Shown: positions 30,273-40,853, numbered from the stretch's first letter. The stretch: DNA of 64,000 bases from an uncultured Planctomycetota bacterium (GCA_963752285.1 CAVVXN010000005.1:608001-672000); one strand, 5' to 3'. The notes: generated by a model from the letters alone, not told the origin. Translations and numbers: made by a program.

Positions 30273-31829
30273 TCAGACGGCCGCCGCCGGCTCCTTCGCG
30301 CCGAACGCCTTCTCGACGATGCCCTTGTAGCCCTGGACCGCGGTGCGCTGGAGGTAGAGCGCGAGGCCGCGGAGCCCGCCGAGCTCCTCGCCCCCGCCCG
30401 CGCGGCCGGGCCCGCCGTGGATCATCTGCGGCAGCACGGTGCCCGGCGGCACGCTCTGCTCGGCCATCTTCTCGCTGCCGATCCAGACGCGACCGTTCCA
30501 CGGCGCGAGCTCGAGGACCGCCTGCTCCGCGAACGCCGGGTCGTCGGTGTACACGCTCGAGACGAGACAGCCCTCGCCGCGGCGGACGAGGTCGGCGGCC
30601 TCTGCCGCCGTGCCGTCGTACGCGAGCACGGTGGCGGCGGGGCCGAACACCTCGAGCTCGTGGAAGACGTCCGCGCGGGCGTCCTTCGCGACGAGCAGCG
30701 TGGGCGGAACGAAGAAGCCCGGCGTCCGAACGGGCTTCGAGCCACCCGTCGCGACCGCGGCGTGCTCGGCCAGGCGGTCGATGCCCGCGCGGACGTCGTC
30801 GAGCTGGGCGCGGCTCGCGAGGGGGCCCATGGTCGTCGCGGGGTCGGCGGGGTCGCCCGTGACGACGCGCGAGAGCTCGTCGAGGAGCGCGTCGCGCGCG
30901 GCCTCGGCCTTGTGGGCGGGGACGAGGATCCGCCGCACGGCGGTGCACTTCTGGCCCGTCTTCTGGCGCATGTCGAGCGCGACGTACTTCGCGAAGAGGC
31001 GCCACGTCTCGCTTCCCTCCTCGACGTCCGGTCCCAACACCGCGGCGTTCAGGGAATCGGCCTCGACGTTCACGTGGACGCCGTGCCGGAGGAGCCCCTC
31101 GTGCGAGCGGAGCTTCAGGCCGGTCGAGGCCGAGCCGGTGAAGGCGAGCGCGTCTTGCGGGCCCAGGTGGTCGAGCAAGTCCCCCGCGCTCCCCACGAGG
31201 ATCTGGAGCGCGCCCTCCGGAAGGAGGCCGCTCTCGATCGCGACCTTCGCCATGCGCCACGAGAGCATCGCGGTGGGGGTGCCCGGCTTCTCGATGACCG
31301 GAACGCCGGCGAGCCACGCGCACGCCGCCTTCTCGAACAGGTTCCAGGCCGGGAAGTTGAACGCGTTCACGTGGACGCCCACCCCGAGGCGGGGCACGAG
31401 CACGTGCTGACCCCAGAAACGCGGCGTCCGTCCGAGCTGGATGCCGTCGCCGTCCGCCAGGACGCGTCGGTCGCCGAGCGACTCGCCCAGGGCGCCGTAC
31501 CACGCGAGGGTTCCCGTGGCGCCGTCGATGTCGAACTTCGCGTCGCCCCGTGTCGTGCCGGCGTTCGCGATCGAGATCTCGATCAGCTCCTCGCGGGCCT
31601 CGTGGAGCGTCTTCGAGAGCGCCTTGAGGATCCGCCCCCGTTCGGCGAACGTCATCGCGCGGAGAGCAGGGCCGCCCACCTCGCGCGCGTGCCGGGCCAC
31701 CGCGCCGAGGTCGATGCCGCCGGTCGAGCACTCCGCCATCGGCGCCTCGGTCGTGGCGTTCACGAGCGTCGCCGTGGGCCCGGTGCCCTTCGTGAAGGCG
31801 CCTCGGACGTAGCTCTCGAGCGTGACCAT
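30273..31829 (-). CDS. PaaZ/BoxD-type aldehyde dehydrogenase (3,4-dehydroadipyl-CoA semialdehyde dehydrogenase-like; no MaoC domain)
   Basis: LESYVRG, DIDGATGTL, VHVNAFNFPAW, FTGSA, VEADSLN, KTGQKCTAVRR, EVFGP, HGGPGRAGGGEELGGLR. Confidence 0.88.
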   Translation of the reverse strand: MVTLESYVRGAFTKGTGPTATLVNATTEAPMAECSTGGIDLGAVARHAREVGGPALRAMTFAERGRILKALSKTLHEAREELIEISIANAGTTRGDAKFDIDGATGTLAWYGALGESLGDRRVLADGDGIQLGRTPRFWGQHVLVPRLGVGVHVNAFNFPAWNLFEKAACAWLAGVPVIEKPGTPTAMLSWRMAKVAIESGLLPEGALQILVGSAGDLLDHLGPQDALAFTGSASTGLKLRSHEGLLRHGVHVNVEADSLNAAVLGPDVEEGSETWRLFAKYVALDMRQKTGQKCTAVRRILVPAHKAEAARDALLDELSRVVTGDPADPATTMGPLASRAQLDDVRAGIDRLAEHAAVATGGSKPVRTPGFFVPPTLLVAKDARADVFHELEVFGPAATVLAYDGTAAEAADLVRRGEGCLVSSVYTDDPAFAEQAVLELAPWNGRVWIGSEKMAEQSVPPGTVLPQMIHGGPGRAGGGEELGGLRGLALYLQRTAVQGYKGIVEKAFGAKEPAAAV

Positions 31830-31935
31830 CGTGGCTCCTCTCGCACGGGCGCCCGCCGGCTCGCGGGGCGGGCGGCCCACTCTATCCGGTGCCGAAGCGG
31901 GCGCGGTATCGTGTCCGGGAACCCGGGAGAGATGG

Positions 31936-34698
31936 ATGTCCGAGGACGCGCCGCTGGGCGACCTTCCCCACGAGGGCGGCGATTCGCGATCCCCGGAGGG
32001 GCGGGACGTCGAGCCTTTCGATCGCGCGACGCGCGGTCCACGTCCGGACGGGCCCTCGTACGACGACCTGGTGCCCCGGCCGCGGGCCAGCGCGTGGAAC
32101 GAGCTCACGGCATGGGGCCGCCGGCACCGGCGCCTCGCGGTCGTGCTCGCGACGATCGAGGTGACCGCCTTCGCGGGGCTGGTGTGGTGGGCCCAGGACC
32201 AGGCGTCCGAGCGAGAGCGCGCGGTCCGCGCCTTCCAGCGGGCACAGGCCGCGGTCGTGCGCGCCGCGGCCGGCATCCGGCAGGCGGAGGGGTCCCGGCT
32301 CGCGGCGCTCGCGCGGCTCGAGCAAAGCGAGGACGAGACGCTCGCCCTCGACCTCGCACGGCGCGCCGTCGAGCTGGCGCCGGAGCCCGAGTCGTACGAC
32401 GCGATCTACGCGGTCCTCGGCGCCCATCGCGAGCTCGCGCGCCTGCACGGTCTCGACGGCGGAGTGACGGCGCTCGCGCTCGACCCGCACGTCCCCGGGG
32501 GGCGCGTCGTCGCGGGCGACGACTCGGGGCTCGTCGTCGCGTGGGACGTGGACGGCGGGAAGGTCGCGTTCCGCGCGGTCGGGGGGACGCCGGACGCGAT
32601 CCGAGCCCTCGCGGTGTCGCGCACCGGCGCGTGGGTCGCCGTGGCGGGACCCGACGAGTCGGCGCGTCTCCTCTCGGGGGCCGACGGGCGCCTGGCGTGG
32701 GCCCTTCCGGAGCCCGGCGGCGGTGTGAGCGCGCTCTCGTTCTCGCCGGACGGGAGCCGCCTCGCCGTGGCCACGCGTCGCGGCGCCGTCCAGGTCGTGG
32801 ACGTCCCGACGGGCGACGTGGTCTTTGAGCGGCCGATCGGAGCGGACCGCGCGGAAGGGATCGCGTTCCGACCCGACGGCCTCGAGCTGGCGTCGGTCGG
32901 CTCGGACGACGTGGTGCGGTTCCTCGACGCGAGCTCCGGCGAGCGGACGGGCGACGTGACGGTCGCGCCGACCGGCAGGCGCTCGGCCCGGCGCGGGGGC
33001 GCGCGCGTCGTCTACGACCAGAACGGCCGGTTCGTGGTCGCGTCCTCGCCGGCCGGCCTCGTGCGCGCGTGGCGCGCCGCGGGGCACGAGCGCGTGCTCG
33101 CCGTGGGCGACGAGGCCCATCCGTGCGACGGGTTCGCGCTCGGCGGGTCGCGTGTGCTCGTTCGCATCCGTCCGAAGGACGGCGGCGGCGCCGTGGCGCT
33201 CGTCGTGGACCTCGAGTCGGGGAAGGGCGTCTCGCGGTTCCTCGGCCTGCCGACCTTGGAGCGGGACCTGCCGGTGGCGATCGACGAGGCGGGCGCGAGG
33301 GTGGCGCTGCCCGTCGGTGCGCTCGGGCGCTACGACGTGCGCGAGGTCTCGTCGGGCCGGAGGCTCGCCGAGATCCGCGGCCACGAGGGCGACGTGACCT
33401 CCGTCGCGTTCGCGGCCGGTGGAGCGGAGGTCGTGACGGCCTCCGCGGACCGGACCGTCCGCGTGTGGGAGGTCTTCCCGTCTCCGTGCGCCACGGGCTT
33501 CCTCGGAAGGGCGCCCGCCGAGGGACACGGCGAGGTCGCGCTGTTCCCGGACGGCGAGCGCGCGGCGGTGCTCCAGCGAGACGGGGACGGGAAGCCCGCG
33601 CGCGTGTTCACCGTGAACCTCGCGACGGGACGGGAGCTCCGGGACCTCACGATCGGCGGCGAGCCGGAGGCGCTCGTCACGGCGCGCGGCGCCGACCGCG
33701 TCGGCGTGCGGGACGCGGCCGGCACGTTGCACGTCTTCGACGGAGACGCCGAGACGGAGTCGTGGTCCGTCGCGCTCGGTCGAGAGGGGACGGTCCTCGC
33801 GCTCTTCGCAGAGGACCGCGGGCTCGCGATCGCGGGGCGCGGCGGTCGCGGCCGCGTAAAGATCGTGAGCGCGGGGCTTCCCGACGTCGGCCGCGAGGTG
33901 CCGGGTCGCGCGGCTCCGACCGCGGTGGCCCGGACGCCGGACGGGAAGGCGTTGGCCGTCGCGGGCGCCGACGGCGGCATCCGTCTGGTGGACCTCGCGT
34001 CGGGACGCGATCTCGGCTCGCGCGTCGGCCTGCCACAGGACGTGTCGGGGCTGGTCTTCGCGTACGGTGGCGCGGTGCTCGTCGCGTGGTCGTCGGAGGC
34101 GATCGACCTGATGGACGTACCGTCCCTCGCCGCGCGCGGGCGGATCGTGCCTCCGGAGGGCCGCGTCCTCGCGGTGGGGGCGAAGGGCGGAGAGCCGTGG
34201 ATCGTCGTGGTCACGGAGGACGGGCTCGCGCGCGCGTGGCCGCTGCGCCCCGCGGAGGCGGCGAAGAACGCGCTGCCGTCGCCCCTCCCTCCGAAGGGGT
34301 GGCAGCATCTCCACCTGGCCACGTCGGACGAGATCCGCGCGGCGGGCGAGGCGTACGTGGACGCCGCCCCCTCCGCGAGGGACGAGTTCGCGCTGGGGCG
34401 CGCACTCGTCGAGGCCGGTGACCTCGACGCCGCGACGAAGCGCTTCGCAAAGGCGCAGCGGCTCCGACCTGACCTCGAGTACGGCGAGCTCGGACTCGCC
34501 TTCGTGGACGCGGGTCGCGCCAGGGCCGCCCTCCCGGGCTCGCAAGACGAGCGGAAGGCCGAGGCGTCGGCGCTCGAACACTTCCGGCGCGCCGTCGAGG
34601 GCCGGGACGCGTCGCGACGCGCGCTCGCGGCCCGAGACCCCCTGCTCGCGCCGCTCGATCACCTCGAAGCCTTCCGGGAGCTCGCGAACCCGAGATGA
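31936..34698 (+). CDS. Membrane-anchored WD40-repeat protein with C-terminal TPR
   Basis: One TM and a coiled coil, then WD repeats (FSPDGSRLA, GHEGDVTSVAF...SADRTVRVWE), then TPR ALGRALVEAGDLDAA. Confidence 0.82.
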   Translation: MSEDAPLGDLPHEGGDSRSPEGRDVEPFDRATRGPRPDGPSYDDLVPRPRASAWNELTAWGRRHRRLAVVLATIEVTAFAGLVWWAQDQASERERAVRAFQRAQAAVVRAAAGIRQAEGSRLAALARLEQSEDETLALDLARRAVELAPEPESYDAIYAVLGAHRELARLHGLDGGVTALALDPHVPGGRVVAGDDSGLVVAWDVDGGKVAFRAVGGTPDAIRALAVSRTGAWVAVAGPDESARLLSGADGRLAWALPEPGGGVSALSFSPDGSRLAVATRRGAVQVVDVPTGDVVFERPIGADRAEGIAFRPDGLELASVGSDDVVRFLDASSGERTGDVTVAPTGRRSARRGGARVVYDQNGRFVVASSPAGLVRAWRAAGHERVLAVGDEAHPCDGFALGGSRVLVRIRPKDGGGAVALVVDLESGKGVSRFLGLPTLERDLPVAIDEAGARVALPVGALGRYDVREVSSGRRLAEIRGHEGDVTSVAFAAGGAEVVTASADRTVRVWEVFPSPCATGFLGRAPAEGHGEVALFPDGERAAVLQRDGDGKPARVFTVNLATGRELRDLTIGGEPEALVTARGADRVGVRDAAGTLHVFDGDAETESWSVALGREGTVLALFAEDRGLAIAGRGGRGRVKIVSAGLPDVGREVPGRAAPTAVARTPDGKALAVAGADGGIRLVDLASGRDLGSRVGLPQDVSGLVFAYGGAVLVAWSSEAIDLMDVPSLAARGRIVPPEGRVLAVGAKGGEPWIVVVTEDGLARAWPLRPAEAAKNALPSPLPPKGWQHLHLATSDEIRAAGEAYVDAAPSARDEFALGRALVEAGDLDAATKRFAKAQRLRPDLEYGELGLAFVDAGRARAALPGSQDERKAEASALEHFRRAVEGRDASRRALAARDPLLAPLDHLEAFRELANPR

Positions 34699-35423
34699 GA
34701 GGTTCTCGCCGGACGCGCGCGCGGCTCCTTCTCACCTGCGAGCACGCCGGGAACGCCGTCCCCCGGGAGTACGAGCGGCTGTTCATCGGTGCGCGGCGCG
34801 CGCTCGCGTCGCATCGCGGCTGGGACGCGGGTGCGCTGGACCTGGCCCGCGCGCTGGGGCGCCGCCTTCGCGTTCCCGTTCGGTGGGTTTGCTGGAGCCG
34901 GCTCCTCGTGGACCCCAACCGATCGCCGACGAACCCACGCATCTGGTCGCGCTGGACGGCTTCGCTCTCGCGTGCCGAGAAGGCGCGGATCCTCGATCGC
35001 TACTGGTGGCCCCATCGCCGGGCCGTGGAGACGGCGGTGCGCACGGCCGCCGCGAGTGGCGCGCGCGTGCTCCACGTTGCCGTCCATTCGTTCACGCCCG
35101 TGCTCGACGGTCGGACGCGGAACGCGGACATCGGCCTGCTCTACGACCCCGCGCGGGAGCTGGAGCGAGGGCTCTGTCGTGCGTGGAGAGCGGACCTGCG
35201 CACGTCGCTCCCAGACCACCGCGTGCGCCGAAACTACCCGTATCGCGGAGCGACCGACGGACTGGCGAGCTGGATGCGCCGGCGGTTCCCCGATCGGAGC
35301 TACGTGGGGATCGAGCTGGAGGTCAACCAGGCCCTCCGCGGTCGGACGGCGGACGACGACCTCGCGGACGTGCTCGCGGACTTTCTCGCGCGGCGTCGTC
35401 GATCGCGTGGCGCCGGGACGTGA
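34695..35423 (+). CDS. N-formylglutamate amidohydrolase family protein
   Basis: LLTCEHAGN, SHRGWDAGA, SRLLVDPNR, VHSFTP, RRNYPY, IELEVNQ. Confidence 0.9.
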   Translation: MRGSRRTRARLLLTCEHAGNAVPREYERLFIGARRALASHRGWDAGALDLARALGRRLRVPVRWVCWSRLLVDPNRSPTNPRIWSRWTASLSRAEKARILDRYWWPHRRAVETAVRTAAASGARVLHVAVHSFTPVLDGRTRNADIGLLYDPARELERGLCRAWRADLRTSLPDHRVRRNYPYRGATDGLASWMRRRFPDRSYVGIELEVNQALRGRTADDDLADVLADFLARRRRSRGAGT

Positions 35424-35579
35424 GACCCTCGGCCCCCGGAACCGTGATCGAGCGACGCGAGGTCTCGACGGACCTCGGCCGGGCGTGGGGACCTGGGCTC
35501 GACGGGTAGAATCCCACCCTCTCGGGGAGGCCCCGCACGCAGGCGAGGAGACTCCGCCGACGCAACCGGAGGAAGACGG

Positions 35580-36176
35580 ATGTGCACACGCGCGTGGGTG
35601 GTGGTGGTCGCGGCGATGGGCCTGGCCGGCTGGTTCGGTCGGGCGGCCTTCTCGGGCGACGAGCCGAAGTCCGAGGGCGCAGGGGGACAGGACACGAGCG
35701 AGCAAGCGAAGGCGCTCGCCGCGCCGGGCGAGATGCACGCCTGGTTGGCCAAGTACGACGGCACGTGGGACGTGCGCGGTGCGTTCATGGACGAGAAGGG
35801 GGCGCGCCTGCCTGCGGAGGGCACCGCGACGTTCCGCATGATCCTCGGCGGGCGCTACAGCGAACAAACGTTCTCGACCCTGGTCGGCGGGAAGCCTTTC
35901 GACGGCCACGGGATCGTGGGCTACGACAATCTGAAGAAGCAGTTCTTCAACTACTGGTTCGACAGCTGGTCCACCTACACGTTCCCCGCCTTCGGCCAGC
36001 GGAGCGAGGACGGTACGTCCGTGACGCTGAGTGGCACGTGGGAGTTCCCGGGCCTCCAGATGCCGTTCAAGCACGTCTACACGTGGGTGGATGACGATCA
36101 CGTCACCTTCCGTCTCCTCGGAACGATCCAGGGCCAGGAGATGGAGATCGCCCTCCTCCACTACACACGGAAGTAG
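35580..36176 (+). CDS. Exported DUF1579-like protein
   Basis: Signal peptide. PGEMHAWL...GTW, ILGGRY, FDGHGIVGYDN.KK.F..YWFDS. Confidence 0.82.
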   Translation: MCTRAWVVVVAAMGLAGWFGRAAFSGDEPKSEGAGGQDTSEQAKALAAPGEMHAWLAKYDGTWDVRGAFMDEKGARLPAEGTATFRMILGGRYSEQTFSTLVGGKPFDGHGIVGYDNLKKQFFNYWFDSWSTYTFPAFGQRSEDGTSVTLSGTWEFPGLQMPFKHVYTWVDDDHVTFRLLGTIQGQEMEIALLHYTRK

Positions 36177-36426
36177 TACCGGCGGCTGCGCCGCCCGTCC
36201 TGCGCCCCAGCGCAACCGGTCGGGGCGCCGCGGCCCCGAGCTCGGGTACGTGCTTCCTCGAGTGCATCCGGCGGATCGCGCTGCGAAGGCTCCAGGGGTC
36301 CACCGCCAGCAACGCGAACGACGCGCCCAAGGGGCTCTTCGTACGTGGCGCCCGGTCACCGTGGCCTCGGCCCGCCCCGGGGCCGGATGACCAGGGAGCT
36401 GCTGACGGCTGGTGGGCGAGTGCGGC

Positions 36427-37566
36427 CTAGGACGCGTGCTCCGTGACCAGCCCTGCGCCGGCGCCCAGCCGAGCCACGAGGAGGGTCACGTCGTCTTCGC
36501 TGGGGCGCAGTCCCCCGAACCGCTTCACCTCCTGCAGGATGCGCCCGGCCACCGCGTCCGGTGCCGCGCTGCCGACCTTGGCGAACAGCGCCTTCAGGGA
36601 GCCTTCGCCCCACATCTCGCCTCGATCTCCGGCTTCTCGCGCCTCGAAGAGACCGTCGGTGAAGAGAAGGAGCGTGTCGCCGATCTCGTACGTCGTGTGC
36701 CCGACGGACCGCTTGGACCGCGGGCTCGTGAGCTGCATGCCGAGCAGACCGTCCTGGGTAGACAGCTCATCGACTCCGCCCGCCGCTCGGCGCAGGAGCT
36801 GTGGCGGGTGGCCCGCCGTGGCGTACTCGATGTTCCGCGCCGGCAGATCGATGCGGAAGATCGCGAACGTGATGAACAGCATCGTATGGGCAAGGAGTAG
36901 CCGAGCCGCACGGTCGAGCTCTTCCAAGATGGCAGCGGGCCCGGCCTCCTGGACGATCAGGCGCTGCACGAGCCCGTGGATTCGACTGACGACCAGGGCC
37001 GCCGCCACGCCGTGGCCTGCGACATCGCCTACGCAGAGATAGAGCAAATCGGAACGCGGCAGGACCGCTTGAACATAGTCCCCGCCGACGAACGCGTGGG
37101 GGACGTGCCGGATCGCCACGTCCACGGCGCCGCGTCGGAGGCTTGGAGAGATGAGGCTCTGATGGATGACCTCCGCGAGAGCCAGCTCCGCGTCCGCCAC
37201 GCGCAGGAGCTGCTCCACCTTGTGGCGCTCGGTCCGTTCGGTCGTGGCTTCCGCTCGCAGATCGGCGTAGGTCTGGTCGCGAGTCCTCGCATCCGCGAGC
37301 GCCTCCAGCCTCATCCCCCGGACGATCTCGTCGCTGATGGTGCCCACCCGCCAGGCTGCGCCCACGGTCACGCCCCATCCGAAGGGCGCCAGGAGCGCCG
37401 CGAGGACGACGTAGGGGGAGGCGGACAGGCTGATCGCGAGGACCGGGATCGGGAGCGAAAGCACGAAGCCGAGCCACAGGCCCACGTTCCGGCGCACATC
37501 GTAGGTGGCGCGGGAGCGCAGCGTCCGGAGGAACGCGCCCAGGAGCGGACGGGGCGGCTCACGCAC
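36427..37566 (-). CDS. Membrane-anchored PP2C/SpoIIE (RsbU-like) protein phosphatase
   Basis: Two TM segments, VGGDY, GDVAGHGVAAA, TAGHPP, LFTDGLFEA, DDVTLL. Confidence 0.9.
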   Translation of the reverse strand: MREPPRPLLGAFLRTLRSRATYDVRRNVGLWLGFVLSLPIPVLAISLSASPYVVLAALLAPFGWGVTVGAAWRVGTISDEIVRGMRLEALADARTRDQTYADLRAEATTERTERHKVEQLLRVADAELALAEVIHQSLISPSLRRGAVDVAIRHVPHAFVGGDYVQAVLPRSDLLYLCVGDVAGHGVAAALVVSRIHGLVQRLIVQEAGPAAILEELDRAARLLLAHTMLFITFAIFRIDLPARNIEYATAGHPPQLLRRAAGGVDELSTQDGLLGMQLTSPRSKRSVGHTTYEIGDTLLLFTDGLFEAREAGDRGEMWGEGSLKALFAKVGSAAPDAVAGRILQEVKRFGGLRPSEDDVTLLVARLGAGAGLVTEHAS

Positions 37567-37763
37567 CGCGGGCGCCTACCACATCAACCATCGAGTCGGC
37601 CCGCCCGGTCGCGCTCATGGTCGGAGGCTACCACGCGCGAAGTGTATGGAGTCATGCTGGAGCTCGTACCTCGTACCGATCTTGCCGACGCGAGTCGGCG
37701 GGCCGGCTGTGCAAGTCGAAGCGCTCGGCACGCCCGCCGTCGCCCCCGCGGGCGGCGTGGACG

Positions 37764-38156
37764 TCAGGAGTAGCGGATGTCCTGCACCAAGACGATCGGA
37801 ACGGCCTCGGCGTCCGCCCAGTCCAGCAGCCCAGAGACGATGACCTTCTGGCCCTTGCGCCAGCGTTCGAACTGCTCGCGATCCGAGCCCGCCGACAGTC
37901 TCGAGAGAAACGTCGCGTTCACGTCGTAGCGAACCTCCTCTCCGCCTTCCTCGTCGGTGACGGTGATGCGGATCCCAGGTTCGCCGGACTCGCTCTTCGT
38001 GACCTCGACCTGGCGCACGATGCCCACGGATCGCACGGCTCGGCCGTGGTACTCCGTGGCCAGGCGCTGAAGCTGGATGCGCGTGGGGCGGCGCGTTCGG
38101 AGATCGGCGCGCTCCCGTAGGATCGCCGACGTGTAGAACACATCATCCATGAGCAT
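37764..38156 (-). CDS. Hypothetical protein, possible OB-fold
   Basis: YHGRAVRSVGIVRQV...RKGQKVIVSG pattern typical of OB-fold strands. Confidence 0.55.
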   Translation of the reverse strand: MLMDDVFYTSAILRERADLRTRRPTRIQLQRLATEYHGRAVRSVGIVRQVEVTKSESGEPGIRITVTDEEGGEEVRYDVNATFLSRLSAGSDREQFERWRKGQKVIVSGLLDWADAEAVPIVLVQDIRYS

Positions 38157-38645
38157 CCGTCTCTGTCTGCCGCAGCCCACCTGCGTCCGAACGGGACCGG
38201 GGTGCGTGGGCAGGTTCTCGTTCAGGCTACACCCGGGAGCGGGTGGGACGCGACCGCACTGCGACGGAAGCTCGGAACGACGCGTCTCGCAGCGCGGACG
38301 CGCCGCACGAACGACCCGTTGCGGAGTCGGCGGGCCGTTCGTGCGCCTTCGCGGCGTCGTTGCCCCCGGTCCGCCGGCGCGTTTCCCCCGCGCCGACTCG
38401 TCCTGTGGGAACGGCCCGTCGTTCGAGCCAACGTCGTGGCGGTGGGCCGGCGTCCAGGAACGAGAGGGTGGCGCCGCGTCCGGCTGTGGGGGGGGCCGGC
38501 GTCCGTCGCGACGTGCGCGAGGTGGTCTCCGTACGGTCCTGGGCGAGCGTGTCCCAGCGCCGTCCGGCTCGGCCGTGCGACCGTCCCGCCTCGCCGTCGC
38601 GATGCGTCTTGCGGACCCGCCGCACTGACCACGCGCAGAACGCAG

Positions 38646-40262
38646 TCACTCTCGACGCATGTCGATCACGACGCCCGTCCGATCGTGTCCGACGTCCTCG
38701 ATCTCGAAGGAGCTTCGCCCGAATTCCGGTTTCCCGTCGGAGTCGAGTCCGAACACGGAAAGCGTCCAGTGACCGGGAATCACATCGAGCGTGAACGTCG
38801 CGTTCGAGGGATCGAACGCGGCCGTCGCCGTCGCCTGGTCTTCCGTGCGGGTTCCCTGGATCTGGGCGAAGAAAAGGTGTCCTTCCGCATCGGCCGGGCG
38901 CAAGCGTCCGCTGACCCGAACGGATCGCACCACCTCGATCCCGACGCGGTCGTGATCGTGCAAGATGGCGTGTCCCAGGAAGCGCCCCCCGTCCTGGCCG
39001 TACGCGCCGTGGACGTCGAGGGTCACGTCCTCGTCGGGAACTCCCGGGAAGCCGAACCGGCCGTACTCGTCGAGAGGGACCTCGATCTGGAAGTCGCGTC
39101 CCGTGAGACGCACCGTTCCCGACACGGTCCCGCTCCCGTCCGGGAGGTCCACGCCTCCGGTGAGAGGCGTCCCCGCCACGAGGTCGATCTCCACGACCCC
39201 GTGACCCGGGACGACCCCCGTTCGCCTTGCGTACCGACCGTCGTCGAGCGGACCGACGAGAACATCGACCGGATGGCCCGCCGCCAGGGGGTTGGACGTC
39301 CAAACGCCGGAGGGGTCCACGCCGTCCGAGCGGGCGACGACCTGCTGGGTGGCGGACGACGTGACGACGATCGGGTCCTTCTGACCCGGACGCAAACCGA
39401 GGACGCGGACGCGGAGCGGATGGTTGTCGCCGACGTTCAAGTCGACCGTCCTCCCTCCGACCGTCGCCCGGCTCCAAGGCGTCGCCTCGGCCTCCTTCCC
39501 CGTGCGGCCAAAGGCCCCAGGCCTCAGCTCCACCTCGACGCCCGTGGGGTACGGGCCGAGGTAGCAGAGCGCATCGCCATCGCTCGTGTCGCCTCCCCAG
39601 ACGGCGCCCGCCGTCTCCTGCGTGAGAGGACGGTACTCGATCCGCTCGTTCGGGCGCGGCTGTCCGTGTTCGCCTACGGTGCGCACGATCAGGAGCTCGT
39701 GCGCATCCAGGACCAGATGGGCGAGCTCGGAGAGGTCGAGGGCGGAGGCGGACGACCGGGAGAATACCGTCACCCGTCCCAGACCTCCGGTCCCCCGCGT
39801 CTCCACGCGAACCGCCGTGGGTCGTCCCGGCGGAAGCGCGAGCACCGTACGACCGTCGGGCCCGGTCTGCGAGCCGGTCTCGGTGGACGCGGGTTCCTCC
39901 GTCGTGTGCGTCCCGGTCTCGATGGTCACGGTGACCGAGGCGTAGGGGACCGCCCGGCCACTTCGATCGACGATGAACACGTCCTGCGTTCGCGCACGCG
40001 CGCTCCCGCCACCACGGAGGTCGTCCGTGGCCGAGGAGGTGAGCGCCTCCGGCGCACGCGCGGTGCGTCCCGGGGGCGGGTTCCCGACGAGGACGGGGGA
40101 CTCGAGATCCGTCGGCGCCGACAAACGTCCGAGGGCGCGAGCCGGAGTGCCGCGGACACCGCGGCCTCGCACCCACCAACCGAGAAGCGCGATCGCTGCG
40201 ACGACCGCCGCGACGAACGCCGCGACTCCGATGACCCCTCGCCGGCCCCTACGCGCGAGCAT
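38646..40262 (-). CDS. Membrane-anchored carboxypeptidase-regulatory-like (Ig/transthyretin-like) repeat protein
   Basis: N-terminal TM, IVDRSGRAVPYASV, TGPDGR, DEYGRFGFPGVP, IPGHWTL. Confidence 0.7.
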   Translation of the reverse strand: MLARRGRRGVIGVAAFVAAVVAAIALLGWWVRGRGVRGTPARALGRLSAPTDLESPVLVGNPPPGRTARAPEALTSSATDDLRGGGSARARTQDVFIVDRSGRAVPYASVTVTIETGTHTTEEPASTETGSQTGPDGRTVLALPPGRPTAVRVETRGTGGLGRVTVFSRSSASALDLSELAHLVLDAHELLIVRTVGEHGQPRPNERIEYRPLTQETAGAVWGGDTSDGDALCYLGPYPTGVEVELRPGAFGRTGKEAEATPWSRATVGGRTVDLNVGDNHPLRVRVLGLRPGQKDPIVVTSSATQQVVARSDGVDPSGVWTSNPLAAGHPVDVLVGPLDDGRYARRTGVVPGHGVVEIDLVAGTPLTGGVDLPDGSGTVSGTVRLTGRDFQIEVPLDEYGRFGFPGVPDEDVTLDVHGAYGQDGGRFLGHAILHDHDRVGIEVVRSVRVSGRLRPADAEGHLFFAQIQGTRTEDQATATAAFDPSNATFTLDVIPGHWTLSVFGLDSDGKPEFGRSSFEIEDVGHDRTGVVIDMRRE

Positions 40263-40853
40263 CGCCCCATGCTACGAGGAACCGCGCGGGCGGGGCGTGG
40301 CGCACGTGGACCCGAGACGGGGCAGGCGCCCCGGACGTCCGGGCGACGTGAGGCACCAGGAGGTCCTCGCACGTCGTTTGCCGCTCGGGTCCCGTCGTTC
40401 GCCCCGCGGATCCACGAAATGACCAGGCCGTCGGGCGGGCCGGCGCTCGTCCGCATGCGCCGGGAGCCCCCGGTCGTCCGGCGGACGCACCGCAACGGGT
40501 CCACGCCACGCTGGGGCCCGCAGCGCGCCTGGGACCGGTTGTCGCTTCCAGCGCCCCGTTTCCACGCCTCGAGGGTCGAACCCGGGATCAACGCGGCGGA
40601 GGGTCCTGCGTTCTCGGTCTCGATGCACCAGGAGGTGCGCAACGGCGCGGTGTACGCGGCGTTCGGCGCGTTCACCTGGAGCTTCGTCCGCCGCTTGCTG
40701 CGGGCTCGACGGGCCGGGTACACCCTCGGCTGCCGTGTGCTCGCTGTCCGAACGACGCGTCGAGCCGCGGGCCGGCACGTGCACGACTTCCGGTGCCACC
40801 AGGTCGTGACGTCCCTGGGAGATCCGGGTTGAATACGCCGTCCCGAGCCCCGT

